Part shown: piece after piece, positions 34,948 to 44,950 of the stretch | How positions within the stretch are numbered: the stretch's first letter is position 1 | Layout of the letters: every line of letters starts with the position of its first letter | Notes under the pieces: generated by a model | The model's input: only the letters and a program-made list of their open reading frames with translations | What the model was told of the DNA's origin: nothing | The model's database searches: none | Assembly (NCBI RefSeq): GCF_041916345.1 | Contig: NZ_JAYRZR010000007.1 | Coordinates: forward strand, 14,450 to 78,449 | Length of the DNA: 64,000 nt | Source of the DNA: Ramlibacter sp. | GTDB taxonomy: Bacteria > Pseudomonadota > Gammaproteobacteria > Burkholderiales > Burkholderiaceae_C | Direction: 5' to 3' | Program-made: the position numbers and the translations under genes

Positions 34948-37071
34948 TCAGTCGCGGTAGCGGCCGCCGCGGGCCGCCAGCTCGCGCAGCGCCGGGGGCA
35001 CGGCGAAGCGCTCGCCCTGGCGGGTGGCCAGCTCGTCGCAGATCGCCACGAAGCGGGCCGAGCCCACGGTGTCGATCTGGCCCAGCACGCCGCCTGCCAC
35101 CGAGGGGAAGCCCCAGCCCAGCAGCGAGCCGACGTCGGCGTCGCGCGGGCTGACGATGCCCTCGGCCACGCAGCGCGCGGCCTCCAGCGACTGGGCGAAC
35201 ATCAGGCGGTTGCGCACCTCGTCCACCGAGGGCTGTTCCTTCGCCAGCGGGAAGTGCTCGGCCAGGCCGGGCCACAGGCGCTTGGGGCCGTCGGCCGGGT
35301 AGTCGTAGAAGCCCTGGTTGACCTTGCGGCCCAGGCGGCCGAGCTTCTCCACCATCACCTCCATCACCGCGTCCTGCGGCTGCGCCCGGTAGGCCGCGCC
35401 CTGGTCGATGCGGGCCTGCTTCAGGGCCTTGTACAGCAGCTCCACCGAGAACTCGTCGATCAGCGCCAGCGGCGGCATCGGCATGCCGGCCATGCGGCCG
35501 GCGTTCTCGATCAGCACCGGGTTCACGCCCTGCGCCAGCAGCGTCATGGCCTCGTAGGGGTACATGCCGAAGGCGCGGTTGGCGTAGAAGGCCGGGCAGT
35601 CGTTCACCACGATCGGCGTCTTGCGGATGCGCTTGGCGAAGTCCAGCGCGTGCGCGATGGTCGCTTCGCTCGTCAGCTTGCCGCGGATCACTTCCACCAG
35701 CGGCATCTTCTCCACCGGCGAGAAGAAGTGCAGGCCGACGAACTGCGCGGGCCGCGCCGACACTTCGGCCAGGCCGGTGATGGGCAGGGTGGAGGTGTTG
35801 GAAGCGAAGATCGCCCCGGGCGCCATGGCTGCTTCGGCGCGGCGCGTCACTTCGGCCTTGACGGCGCGGTCTTCGAACACCGCTTCGATCACCATGTCGC
35901 AACTGGCCAGTTCGGCGTAGTCGGTGGTCGTCTTCACGCGGGCCAGCGTGGCGTCGCGCTGGTCCTGCGTGAGCCGACCCTTGGCCACCTGGCCGTCGAG
36001 GATCTTCGCGCCGTAGGCCTTGCCCTTCTCGGCCGCCTCCAGCGTGGTGTCGAGCAGCACGACGTCGAGCCCGGCCACCGCGCTCACGTGCGCCAGGCCC
36101 GCGCCCATCATGCCGGCGCCCAGCACCGCCACCTGGGTGTACTTGCGCACCGGCACGTCCTTGGGCCGGTCGGCCAGGCGGTTGGCTTCACCCAGGTCGT
36201 AGAACAGCGTGCGGATCATGTTCTTGGTGGCCTGCGAGGTGGCCAGCCGCGCGAACTGCCGCTGCTCGATGCGCAGGCCGGTGTCGATGTCCACCTGGCA
36301 GCCGTCGTACACGCAGGCCAGGATGGCCTCGGGTGCCGGGTACAGGCCCTGCGTCTTCGACAGCAGTGCGCCGCCCGCGGCGAAGAACAGCTGCGTGGGC
36401 CCGGCCGTCTGCGGCGCGCCGCCGGGGAAGCGGAAGTTCTTGCTGTCCCAGGGCTTCACCACCGCCTTCGCACCGTCGGCCAGCAGCCAGGCGCGGGCGC
36501 GCGCGAGCAGTTCGCCGGCGGGCACGACCTCGTCGACGATGCCGGCTTCCAGCGCCTTGGCCGGGCCGACCTTGCGGCCCTCGGTGAGGTAGGGCAGGGC
36601 CTTCTGGATGCCGATCATGCGCGGCAGGCGCTGCGTGCCGCCCGCCCCGGGCAGCAGGCCCAGCGTGACTTCGGGCACGCCGAGCTGGATCTTCGGGTCG
36701 TCGGCCACGATGCGGCGGTGGCAGGCCAGGCAGATCTCCAGCCCGCCGCCCAGCGCAGTGCCGTTGATGGCGGCCACGAAGGGCTTGCCCGATGTCTCCA
36801 GCCGGCGCAGGGTCTGGCTGAAGGCGCCGCCGGCGGCGAACGACTCCTCGGCGTTGCGGATGTGGCGGATCAGGTCGAGGTCGCCACCGGCCACGAACTC
36901 GGGGCGCGAGGAGGTGACGATCACCCCCTTGGCCGCCGGGTCGGCGATGGCCTGCTTCACCGCCGCGTCGAAGGCAGCGATGGAGGCGTGGTTGAGCACG
37001 TTCATGGGCCGTTCGGCCACGTTGAACGAGAGGGTGACGATGCCGTCGGCGTCAATGCGGTAGTCGATCAT
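34948..37071 (-). CDS. FadB-like bifunctional enoyl-CoA hydratase / 3-hydroxyacyl-CoA dehydrogenase
   Basis: 707 aa. N-terminal crotonase fold plus NAD Rossmann [14 protein letters not shown] and C-terminal HACD domains. Confidence 0.9.
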   Translation of the reverse strand: MIDYRIDADGIVTLSFNVAERPMNVLNHASIAAFDAAVKQAIADPAAKGVIVTSSRPEFVAGGDLDLIRHIRNAEESFAAGGAFSQTLRRLETSGKPFVAAINGTALGGGLEICLACHRRIVADDPKIQLGVPEVTLGLLPGAGGTQRLPRMIGIQKALPYLTEGRKVGPAKALEAGIVDEVVPAGELLARARAWLLADGAKAVVKPWDSKNFRFPGGAPQTAGPTQLFFAAGGALLSKTQGLYPAPEAILACVYDGCQVDIDTGLRIEQRQFARLATSQATKNMIRTLFYDLGEANRLADRPKDVPVRKYTQVAVLGAGMMGAGLAHVSAVAGLDVVLLDTTLEAAEKGKAYGAKILDGQVAKGRLTQDQRDATLARVKTTTDYAELASCDMVIEAVFEDRAVKAEVTRRAEAAMAPGAIFASNTSTLPITGLAEVSARPAQFVGLHFFSPVEKMPLVEVIRGKLTSEATIAHALDFAKRIRKTPIVVNDCPAFYANRAFGMYPYEAMTLLAQGVNPVLIENAGRMAGMPMPPLALIDEFSVELLYKALKQARIDQGAAYRAQPQDAVMEVMVEKLGRLGRKVNQGFYDYPADGPKRLWPGLAEHFPLAKEQPSVDEVRNRLMFAQSLEAARCVAEGIVSPRDADVGSLLGWGFPSVAGGVLGQIDTVGSARFVAICDELATRQGERFAVPPALRELAARGGRYRD

Positions 37072-37093
37072 GGTGTTTCCTGGTCCTGCCGCC

Positions 37094-38302
37094 TCAGACG
37101 CGCTCGATGATCATCACCGAGCCCATGCCACCGCCCACGCACAGCGTGATGAGGCCGGTGGCGAGGTCGCGGCGCTCCAGTTCGTCGAGCACCGTGCCCA
37201 GCAGCATGGCGCCGGTGGCGCCCAGCGGGTGGCCCATGGCGATGGCGCCACCGTTGACGTTGACCTTGTCATGGGGCACGCCCAGGTCCTCCATGAAGCG
37301 CAGCACCACGGCCGCGAAGGCCTCGTTGCACTCGAACAGGTCGATGTCCTTCGGGTCCATGCCGGCGCGCTTCAGCGCGGCGCGGGCGGCCGGCGCGGGG
37401 CCGGTGAGCATGATGGTGGGCTCGCTGCCGACGGTGCCGAAACTGCGCACGCGGGCACGCGGCTTCACACCCAGCTGCTTCGCCATGGCGCCGCTGGCCA
37501 GCAGCACGGCGGAGGCGCCATCGACGATGCCCGACGAGTTGCCGGCATGGTGCACGTGCTGGATGGCGGCCACCTGGGGGTAGCGCTGGATGGCCACCGC
37601 GTCGAAGCCCAGCTTCTCGCCGAGCATCGTGAAGGAAGGCTCCAGCTTGGCCAGGGATTCGAGCGTGGTGTCGCCGCGCACGTGTTCGTCGCGCGCGAGA
37701 ACCACGGTGCCGTTGACGTCGCGCACCGGCACGATGCTGCGGGCGAAGCGCCCCTCGGCCCAGGCGGCGGCGGCGCGGCGTTGGCTTTCCACGGCGTAGG
37801 TGTCCACGTCCTGGCGGCTGTAGCCGTGCAGGGTGGCGATGAGGTCGGCCGACACGCCCTGCGGCACCAGCTGGTTGGGCAGGGTGATCTGCGGGTCGGT
37901 GACCCAGGCGCCGCCGCCCACGAACATGGGCACGCGCGACATGCTTTCCACGCCGCCGCCGATCATCAGCTCGGACTGCCCGGCCATGATCATGGCCGAG
38001 GCGAAGTTGCACGCCTCCAGGCCGGAGCCGCAGAAGCGGTTGATCTGCACGCCGGGCACCTGACGGAAGCCGGGCGCCGACAGCGTGATGGCCTTGGCCA
38101 CGTCGGAGGCCTGCTCGAGCGAGGGCTCGCCGCAGCCGATGATCACGTCGTTCACGAGACCGGGGTCGAACCCGTTGCGCTCGCGCAGGGCGGTCAGCAG
38201 GCCGGCCGCCAGGCGGGCCGGGCCGATTTCATGCAGGGCGCCGCTGGCGCGGCCCTTGCCGCGCGGCGTGCGCACGGCGTCGAGGACGAATGCTTCAGTC
38301 AT
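37094..38302 (-). CDS. 3-ketoacyl-CoA thiolase (FadA-like, thiolase I)
   Basis: ORF trimmed to [17 protein letters not shown] at 38302. [10 protein letters not shown] nucleophile, [20 protein letters not shown]. Confidence 0.9.
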   Translation of the reverse strand: MTEAFVLDAVRTPRGKGRASGALHEIGPARLAAGLLTALRERNGFDPGLVNDVIIGCGEPSLEQASDVAKAITLSAPGFRQVPGVQINRFCGSGLEACNFASAMIMAGQSELMIGGGVESMSRVPMFVGGGAWVTDPQITLPNQLVPQGVSADLIATLHGYSRQDVDTYAVESQRRAAAAWAEGRFARSIVPVRDVNGTVVLARDEHVRGDTTLESLAKLEPSFTMLGEKLGFDAVAIQRYPQVAAIQHVHHAGNSSGIVDGASAVLLASGAMAKQLGVKPRARVRSFGTVGSEPTIMLTGPAPAARAALKRAGMDPKDIDLFECNEAFAAVVLRFMEDLGVPHDKVNVNGGAIAMGHPLGATGAMLLGTVLDELERRDLATGLITLCVGGGMGSVMIIERV

Positions 38303-38395
38303 GCGGGCAGTGTGCCCGCGCACCTGCGCGGCGATATCGTCGTGAAAGACGATTTCGGGCGCGGGTGCGGCGGTCGCGCCGGTGTGGCGGTTCGT

Positions 38396-38470
38396 AGGCT
38401 GGGGTGCAACCCCAGCGGTTCTTCGCACGGCACCTATCGCTGGGGTTGCGCTTCGCTCCACCGCCAGCCT
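38396..38470. other. Extended imperfect stem-loop in the 224-nt gap between the LAL regulator and fadA-like genes
   Basis: Inner inverted repeat GCAACCCCAGCG (38406..38417) / CGCTGGGGTTGC (38438..38449). Outer arms AGGCTGG (38396..38402) / CCAGCCT (38464..38470). Confidence 0.45.
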
Positions 38471-38526
38471 CCGAGGGCCCTATCCGCCGACCAAGGACAC
38501 AGGCCGCCGGACGACCCGGGGGTCTG

Positions 38527-41295
38527 TCAGCCGATCAGGCCCAGCTTGCGTGCCGCCGCAATCGCTTCCACCCGGCTGCGGGTGTCGAGCTTCACGTTGA
38601 TGTTGCGCAGGTGCGTGCGCACGGTGGTCTCGGCCACGAACAGGCGCTCGGCCAGCTCGTCGTTGCTCAGGCCGTCGGCGGCCAGGCGCAGCACCTGCAG
38701 CTCCTTGCGGGTCAGCAGTTCGCTGCCGCTCGCAGGCAGCTCGCTCGCAACGCCGGGCGTCGGCGCAGGGGGCGCGGCCTGCGGTTCGCGCAGCAGGCGG
38801 TCGATGAAGAGCAGCGCCTCGTCCCCCTGGCTGGTCTCGCGCACCAGGTCGGGCTGCGCGCGCAGCTCGCGCAGGATGGTCATGAGCAGCGGGCCTTCGT
38901 CCTGGAAGGCCCGCACGTAGCCTTCCACGCAGGCCAGCCGCACGGCGCGCGCCAGCATGCGCATGGCCTTGTTGCGCTGGTCGTCGCGGTACAGGGCCTG
39001 GGCCAGCAGCAGCCGCAGGGTGAGCGCCCGCCGCTCGCGCTGCGCCCGCTCGGCGGCGTCCAGCTCGGCGCGCAGCGGCCGGATCACCTCGCTGGCATGG
39101 CCGGTGCGCACGGACCAGCGCGCCAGCGCCACGTCGTAGGTCTCCACCTCGTTGGCCCGCATGGTCAGGCGCGCCACGCGCTGCCACAGCGCCTTGTCGC
39201 CGCAGCGGTCGAGCTCGCCACGGGCCTGGGCCAGCCGCTCCGCCATCAGCAGCTGGCGCACGCGTTCCAGCCGGGCGGTGGCCACCACGCGCGGCAGGCC
39301 CTCGCGGTGGCCGATGTGCTCCAGCTCCAGCAGCATCTGCTCGGCCCGCTCGGCGTCGCCGCGGTCCAGTGCGATGCGCGCCATCACCACGTGGCCGATG
39401 ATCAGCTCGTCGGGGATACCGACGCCGCGGATCAGCGGGATGTAGACCACCAGCAGGCGCTCGGCCTGCTCCAGCTGCCCGGCCTCGTACAGGGCCTGCG
39501 CGAGCGGGATGCCGGCCAGGGCATTGCCGTTGGTGGAGCGCGTGGCGTCCATGGCGCCGGCACTGACGGCGATGCGCAGCCCGGCGATCGCCTTGCGCAG
39601 CCGCCCCTGCGTCATGTCGACGGCGGCCTCGGCCGCCTCCGACAGCGCGAAGTTGAACGGGCTGGCGCGCACCTGCTGCCGCGACCGCGCCGCGTCGGCG
39701 AAGCGCAGCGCGTCATGGAAGCGGCCGGCGATGAGCGCCAGGTTGGCCATGTTCACTTCGAGGAAGCCGCTGACGAAGGCCAGGTCGCGCGGGATCGCCT
39801 CCAGCGCGGCGGCCGCGAGGGGCAGGGCCTCGTCGATGCGGTCGGTCAGCGACAGGAACAGCGGCCGCATCGCCAGCCGGTGCGCGCGGACCTCGGGGTC
39901 GGGGTCGGCCTGGCGTTCCAGGCGGTCCAGCAGTGTGGCGGCGGCCCTTGGCCCGCGGGCGAAGCACACAGCCCAGGCATGCACCACCTGCAGGATGGGA
40001 TAGCCGTCCAGCGCGCCGGATTCCAGCAGCGGGTCGAGCCAGCGTGACAGCAGCCGCACGCGCCCTTCCTCCAGCAGCGCCTGGCCATGCTCGGACAGCG
40101 CGGGCAGGGCATAGGCCAGGTCACCCGCGGCCAGGGCGTGCTCGATGGCCGGCACGGCGCGCCGGCGCTCGTCGTACCAGCGCGAGGCGGCCCGGTGCAG
40201 GCCCGGAATGTCCGCCGCGTGGTGGCGCGCCAGCTCGGTGCGCAGGAACTCCGCGAACATGCCGTGGTAGCGGTACTGGCTGTGGTCGCCCTGCAGCGGG
40301 ATCATGAACAGGTGGGCCTGCTCCAGCGTGCGCAGCATGCGGGCGCTGTCGTCGCGGCCGCACACCGCGTCGCACAGCGAGGCATTCAGCTCGCCCAGCA
40401 GGCTGGTGCGCAGCAGGAAGCTGCGCACGTCCGCGCTCTGCCGGGCCAGCACGTCCTCCACCAGGTAGGCCACCACCGCGGCGTTGGAGCCCGAGAAGCC
40501 TGCGATGAAGCGGCTGGGGTCGTCGCGGTTCTCCAGCGAGATCGAGGCCAGCCACAGCGCGGCCGCCCAGCCCTCGGTGCTGCGGTGCAGCCGTCGCACG
40601 TCGTCCGGCGCGAGCCGCAGGCCGCGGCGCTGGCGCAGGAAGGCGTCGGCCTCGGCCTCGGTGAAGCGCAGCTGGGCCGGCTCCACCTCCAGCAGGCGGC
40701 CGCGCGCGCGCAGCCGGCCCAGGCCCAGCTCAGGCACGCCGCGCGAGCCCACGATGAGCTGCGCGCCGCGCGGCAGCTGCTCGATCAGCTCGCTGACGAT
40801 GCCGATGGCGGCCGGGTTCTGCAGCGCCTCGAAATCGTCCAGGAACAGGGCGAAGGGCGCCGGGTGCGCCGCCACGCGGTCGATCACCGCGAAGGCCAGC
40901 TCGTCCGGCCGGCTGCCTGCATCCTGCGGCGTTGCCAGGCCGGGGATGAGCCGCGCCAGCGTGGCCGTGAGGCCATCCAGGAAGCGCATCACGTCGTTGT
41001 CGGCGCGGTCGAGCGTGAGCCAGGCGGCCGGCAGGCCGGTCTGCACGAAGCGCTCGTGCACCTGCAGCATGGTGGTGGTCTTGCCGAAGCCCGCGGGCGC
41101 GCGCAGCAGCACGAGCTTGGCCGCGCCGGCGGCGAAGATGCGCTCACACACCTCGGTGCGCGCGATCTCGAAGGCGGTGGATTGCGGCGGCGTCAGCTTG
41201 GGCCCGAGCGCGGCCGCGCGCGCCGGCACGCCACGCCCCTGCGCGGTGCCTGGCGGGGCCGCGCCTTCGTTGCTCGTTCCAAGCCCGGCGGGCAT
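38527..41295 (-). CDS. Large ATP-binding LuxR-family regulator (MalT/LAL type)
   Basis: 922 aa. N-terminal P-loop APAGFGKTT, long helical-repeat middle, C-terminal LuxR HTH (LTRKELQVLRLAADGLSNDELAERLFVAETTVRTHLRNI). AGGGAGAA RBS. Confidence 0.9.
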   Translation of the reverse strand: MPAGLGTSNEGAAPPGTAQGRGVPARAAALGPKLTPPQSTAFEIARTEVCERIFAAGAAKLVLLRAPAGFGKTTTMLQVHERFVQTGLPAAWLTLDRADNDVMRFLDGLTATLARLIPGLATPQDAGSRPDELAFAVIDRVAAHPAPFALFLDDFEALQNPAAIGIVSELIEQLPRGAQLIVGSRGVPELGLGRLRARGRLLEVEPAQLRFTEAEADAFLRQRRGLRLAPDDVRRLHRSTEGWAAALWLASISLENRDDPSRFIAGFSGSNAAVVAYLVEDVLARQSADVRSFLLRTSLLGELNASLCDAVCGRDDSARMLRTLEQAHLFMIPLQGDHSQYRYHGMFAEFLRTELARHHAADIPGLHRAASRWYDERRRAVPAIEHALAAGDLAYALPALSEHGQALLEEGRVRLLSRWLDPLLESGALDGYPILQVVHAWAVCFARGPRAAATLLDRLERQADPDPEVRAHRLAMRPLFLSLTDRIDEALPLAAAALEAIPRDLAFVSGFLEVNMANLALIAGRFHDALRFADAARSRQQVRASPFNFALSEAAEAAVDMTQGRLRKAIAGLRIAVSAGAMDATRSTNGNALAGIPLAQALYEAGQLEQAERLLVVYIPLIRGVGIPDELIIGHVVMARIALDRGDAERAEQMLLELEHIGHREGLPRVVATARLERVRQLLMAERLAQARGELDRCGDKALWQRVARLTMRANEVETYDVALARWSVRTGHASEVIRPLRAELDAAERAQRERRALTLRLLLAQALYRDDQRNKAMRMLARAVRLACVEGYVRAFQDEGPLLMTILRELRAQPDLVRETSQGDEALLFIDRLLREPQAAPPAPTPGVASELPASGSELLTRKELQVLRLAADGLSNDELAERLFVAETTVRTHLRNINVKLDTRSRVEAIAAARKLGLIG

Positions 41296-41338
41296 GGCAG
41301 TTCTCCCTGTGGCGAGCGGCGGCCCCGCGGCGGGCGCC

Positions 41339-42523
41339 TCAGGCCCGCTGGTAGAGCGTGACGACGCAGGCGCCGCCGAGCCCCAGATTGTGCTGCAGGG
41401 CGAGCCGGGCGTCCGGCACCTGCCGCGCGCCGGCCTGGCCGCGCAGCTGCCACACCAGCTCGGCGCATTGCGCCAGGCCGGTGGCGCCCAGCGGATGGCC
41501 CTTGGACAGCAGGCCGCCGGACGGGTTGGTCACGACCCGGCCGCCGTAGGTGTTGTCGCCGTCGAGGATGAACTTCTCGGCCCCGCCCTCGGGGGCCAGG
41601 CCCAGCGCCTCGTAGATGATGAGCTCGTTGGCGGTGAAGCAGTCGTGCAGCTCCACCACGGGGATGTCTTCCGGGCCCACGCCCGCTGCCTCGTAGACCT
41701 GGCGCGCGGCGAGCCGGGCCATGTCGTAGCCGACCAGCTTGCGCATGTCCTTCTCGTCGAAGCTGCTGTTGCCGTCGGTGGTCATCGCCTGCGCCGCGAT
41801 CCAGACGCTGGCGTCCAGCCCGCGCCGCCGGGCGAAATCCTCCGAGCACACCACCGCCGCCGCGCCGCCGCAGGTGGGCGGGCAGCACTGCAGGCGGGTG
41901 AGCGGGTCGAACACCGCGGGCGAGGCCATCACCTCGTCCAGCGTCACGGGGGCGCGGAACAGGGCGTTGGGGTTGTTCGCGGCATGCCGGCGCGCCTTCA
42001 CCGAGATGCGGCCGAAGGTGTCGGCGCGGGTGCCGTACAGCTGCATGTGCATGCGCCCGGCGCCGCCGAACAGCTGCGCCGCCACCGGCACGCCAGGGGC
42101 CTCCCCCTGGATGGCGTGCATGGCGTCGATCAGGCGCTGCGACGGGTCGGGCCGGTCGTCCCAGTGCGCCACGATGGCGCCGCGCTGCATCTGCTCGAAC
42201 CCCACCGCCAGCACGCACTCGGCCGCGCCGCTGGCCACGGCCTGCCGGGCCAGGAACAGCGCGGTCGAGCCGGTGGAGCAGTTGTTGTTGACGTTGATCA
42301 CCGGCACGCTGGTCAGGCCCAGGTGGTAGGCCGCCGCCTGGCCGCTGCAGGAGTCGCCGTAGACGTAGCCCGCGTAGACCTGATCCACGGCCTGGTAGTC
42401 GACGCGTGCGTCGTCGAGCGCGGCGCGCGCCGCGCGCGCGCCGAGCTGGTGGTAGGGATCGCTGGCGCCCGGCTTGGCGAACGGCACCATGCCGACTCCG
42501 GCCACACAGACCTTGCGTGTCAT
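41339..42523 (-). CDS. Thiolase, SCP-x / lipid-transfer-protein type
   Basis: 394 aa. Nucleophile Cys in NNNCSTGS; ELHDCF and GHPLGATG are intact. Confidence 0.9.
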   Translation of the reverse strand: MTRKVCVAGVGMVPFAKPGASDPYHQLGARAARAALDDARVDYQAVDQVYAGYVYGDSCSGQAAAYHLGLTSVPVINVNNNCSTGSTALFLARQAVASGAAECVLAVGFEQMQRGAIVAHWDDRPDPSQRLIDAMHAIQGEAPGVPVAAQLFGGAGRMHMQLYGTRADTFGRISVKARRHAANNPNALFRAPVTLDEVMASPAVFDPLTRLQCCPPTCGGAAAVVCSEDFARRRGLDASVWIAAQAMTTDGNSSFDEKDMRKLVGYDMARLAARQVYEAAGVGPEDIPVVELHDCFTANELIIYEALGLAPEGGAEKFILDGDNTYGGRVVTNPSGGLLSKGHPLGATGLAQCAELVWQLRGQAGARQVPDARLALQHNLGLGGACVVTLYQRA

Positions 42524-42560
42524 TCGAATCTCCTTCGGGCGTTGCCGGGGCGCGGCGGGC

Positions 42561-43733
42561 CTACTTGCCTTCGGCCGGGTAGTCGATCACCACCTTCCAG
42601 CGGCCGTTCTGCAGCTGCGACACGCGGGAACTGCGCGAGCCGATGTGCTTGGTGGCCGAGAAAGTGAGCTTCGGGCTGCCGAAGATGTCGGGCGGCACGT
42701 TCAGCGACTCCATCGCCTTCACGAAGCTGTCGGTCGTGAGGTTCGCGCCGGCCTTCTGCAGACCGGCTGCGAAGCGGTCGATCGTCATGTAGCCGTAGGC
42801 CGCGAAGATGGTCGGGTCGTTGCCGAACTGGGTGCGGTACTTGTTGGCCCAGAAGCGCACCGGCTGGGACGCGTCGTCCGTGTAGGGGATCAGCGCGAAC
42901 ATGTCGGCGTACAGGCCGTCCATGCCCTTGCCCCCCAGCTTGGGGATCAGCTCGGTGTAGGCCGACTGGGTGCCCATCACGTTCGGGTTGTAGCCCAGCT
43001 TGCGCATCTCGCTGATGGATCCCACCGTCTCGCGGATCTGCGTGCCCAGCAGCACGAAGTCGCAGCCGGCGTTCTTCAGCCGCAGCACCTGCGAGGTGAA
43101 GTCGGTGGCGCCGCGCTTGTAGGTGGTGCGCTCGTGGAATTCGACGTTGATGGTCTTCAGCCCGGCCTCGCCGCCGCGCACCACTTCCAGGCCGAATTCG
43201 TCGTCCTGGTACAGCGCGCAGGCCTTGGTGGACTTCGTGGTCTGGTAGACCTGCGGCACGGTGACCTTCAGGCTGTCGAAGTTGGGCGGCGCGAAGCCGA
43301 ACTTGAGCTTGTGCACCGGCTCGAACATCTCGCGGGCGCTGGACATCGGCATGAAGCTGATGACGTTCTTGTCCAGGATGATGGGCATGGCCGCCACCGC
43401 GGCTGCCGTGCCCATCAGACCCACCATGGCGAAGATCTTCTCCTGGTTCACCAGCTTCTGCGTGGCCAGCACCGTCTTCTTGGGGTCGTAGCCGTTGTCC
43501 TCGATCAGCAGCTTGAGCTTGCGGCCGTGGATGCCGCCCTGCTCATTGATCTCGGCCACGCGCAGGCGCGCGCCATTGGCGTAGTCCTTGCCCCAGGCGG
43601 CAATGGGCCCCGACAGGTCGGTGGCCGTGCCGATCACGATCTCGGTCTTGCTCACGCCCTGCTGGGCGAGCACGGGGGTGGCGGCACAGGCGGCGGCGGC
43701 CAGCACCACGACGAGGCGGTTGATGCGCTTCAT
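42561..43733 (-). CDS. Periplasmic substrate-binding protein (type I, Liv-family fold), copy 2 of a tandem pair
   Basis: Signal MKRINRLVVVLAAAACAATPVLAQQ. Strongly similar to 43743..44909. Confidence 0.9.
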   Translation of the reverse strand: MKRINRLVVVLAAAACAATPVLAQQGVSKTEIVIGTATDLSGPIAAWGKDYANGARLRVAEINEQGGIHGRKLKLLIEDNGYDPKKTVLATQKLVNQEKIFAMVGLMGTAAAVAAMPIILDKNVISFMPMSSAREMFEPVHKLKFGFAPPNFDSLKVTVPQVYQTTKSTKACALYQDDEFGLEVVRGGEAGLKTINVEFHERTTYKRGATDFTSQVLRLKNAGCDFVLLGTQIRETVGSISEMRKLGYNPNVMGTQSAYTELIPKLGGKGMDGLYADMFALIPYTDDASQPVRFWANKYRTQFGNDPTIFAAYGYMTIDRFAAGLQKAGANLTTDSFVKAMESLNVPPDIFGSPKLTFSATKHIGSRSSRVSQLQNGRWKVVIDYPAEGK

Positions 43734-43742
43734 CTCGTCTCC

Positions 43743-44909
43743 TTACTGCTTCGGGTAGTCCAGAACCACTTTCCAGCGGCCGTCCTGCAGCTGCGACACG
43801 CGGGAGGCGGTGGAGCCCAGGCGCTTGGTGGCCGAGAAGGTGAGGGTGGGGCTGCCGAAGATGTCCGGCGGGATGGTCATGCTGTCCATGGCCTTCACGA
43901 AGCTGTCCACGCTCAGGTTGGGGCCGGCCTTCTGCATGCCGGCATACAGCCGGTCGGCGATCAGGTAGCCGTAGACGGCGTACACGGTGGGATCGTTGCC
44001 GAAGGCCGTCTTCCACTTGTTGGCCCAGAAGCGCACCGGCTGCGAGGCGTCGTCCATGTACGGGAACTGCACGAACATGTCGCCGTACAGGCCGTCCATG
44101 GCCTTGCCACCCAGCTTGGGGATCTGGTCGGTGTAGACCGTCTGCGGACCCAGGAACACCGGGCTCCAGCCCAGCTTGCGCGCCTCGCCGATGGCGCCCA
44201 CCGTCTCGCGGATCAGCGTGCCCAGCAGCACGAAATCGCAGCCGGCGCTCTTCAGGCGGGCGACCTGCGACGAGAAGTCGGTGGCGCCGCGCTTGTAGGT
44301 GGTCTTCTCGACGAAGTCGGTCTTGATCTCCTTCAGGCCGGCCTCGCCTCCGCGCACCACTTCCAGGCCGAAGTCGTCGTCCTGGTATAGCGCGCAGGCC
44401 TTGGTCGACTTCGTGTGCTGGAACACGCGCGGCGTCGAGCTCTTCATGCTGTCGTAGTTCGACGGTGCGAAGCCCCACTTCAGCTTGTGCGGCGGCTCGT
44501 ACATCTCGCGCGCGCTCGACATCGGCATGAAGCTGATGACGTTCTTGTCCAGCAGCACCGGCATCGCGGCCACGGCGGCGGCGCTGCCCATCAGGCCCAT
44601 CACCGCGAACACCTTCTCCTGGTTCACCAGCTTCTGGGCGGCCAGCACCGTCTTCTTGGGGTCGTAGCCGTTGTCCTCGGCCAGCAGGCGGATCTTGCGG
44701 CCGTGGATGCCGCCCTGCTCGTTGACCTCGTTCGTGCGCAGCTTCATGCCGTTGAGCACGTCCTTGCCCCAGGAGGCGATGGGGCCGGACAGGTCCTGCA
44801 CGGTCCCCACCACCACCTCGTTCTTGCTGATGCCCTGCTGGGCCAGGACCGGACTGGCCACCAAGGCCAGGGCGAGCGCGGCGGCTGCCGCGGTGAGGGT
44901 TCGCTTCAT
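43743..44909 (-). CDS. Periplasmic substrate-binding protein (type I, Liv-family fold), copy 1 of a tandem pair
   Basis: ORF 43743..46457 trimmed to MKRTLTAAAAALALALVASPVLAQQ at 44909. Confidence 0.9.
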   Translation of the reverse strand: MKRTLTAAAAALALALVASPVLAQQGISKNEVVVGTVQDLSGPIASWGKDVLNGMKLRTNEVNEQGGIHGRKIRLLAEDNGYDPKKTVLAAQKLVNQEKVFAVMGLMGSAAAVAAMPVLLDKNVISFMPMSSAREMYEPPHKLKWGFAPSNYDSMKSSTPRVFQHTKSTKACALYQDDDFGLEVVRGGEAGLKEIKTDFVEKTTYKRGATDFSSQVARLKSAGCDFVLLGTLIRETVGAIGEARKLGWSPVFLGPQTVYTDQIPKLGGKAMDGLYGDMFVQFPYMDDASQPVRFWANKWKTAFGNDPTVYAVYGYLIADRLYAGMQKAGPNLSVDSFVKAMDSMTIPPDIFGSPTLTFSATKRLGSTASRVSQLQDGRWKVVLDYPKQ

Positions 44910-44950
44910 GCTGTTGTCTCCTGATGGAAGGGGTTCGGGTGGGCGGGGGT

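Noticed and set aside
38396-38470. Whether the structured intergenic element is a tRNA-like or small RNA gene.
   Set aside because: No cloverleaf, no anticodon-arm geometry, and no promoter or terminator signals are visible. I kept it only as a stem-loop observation.
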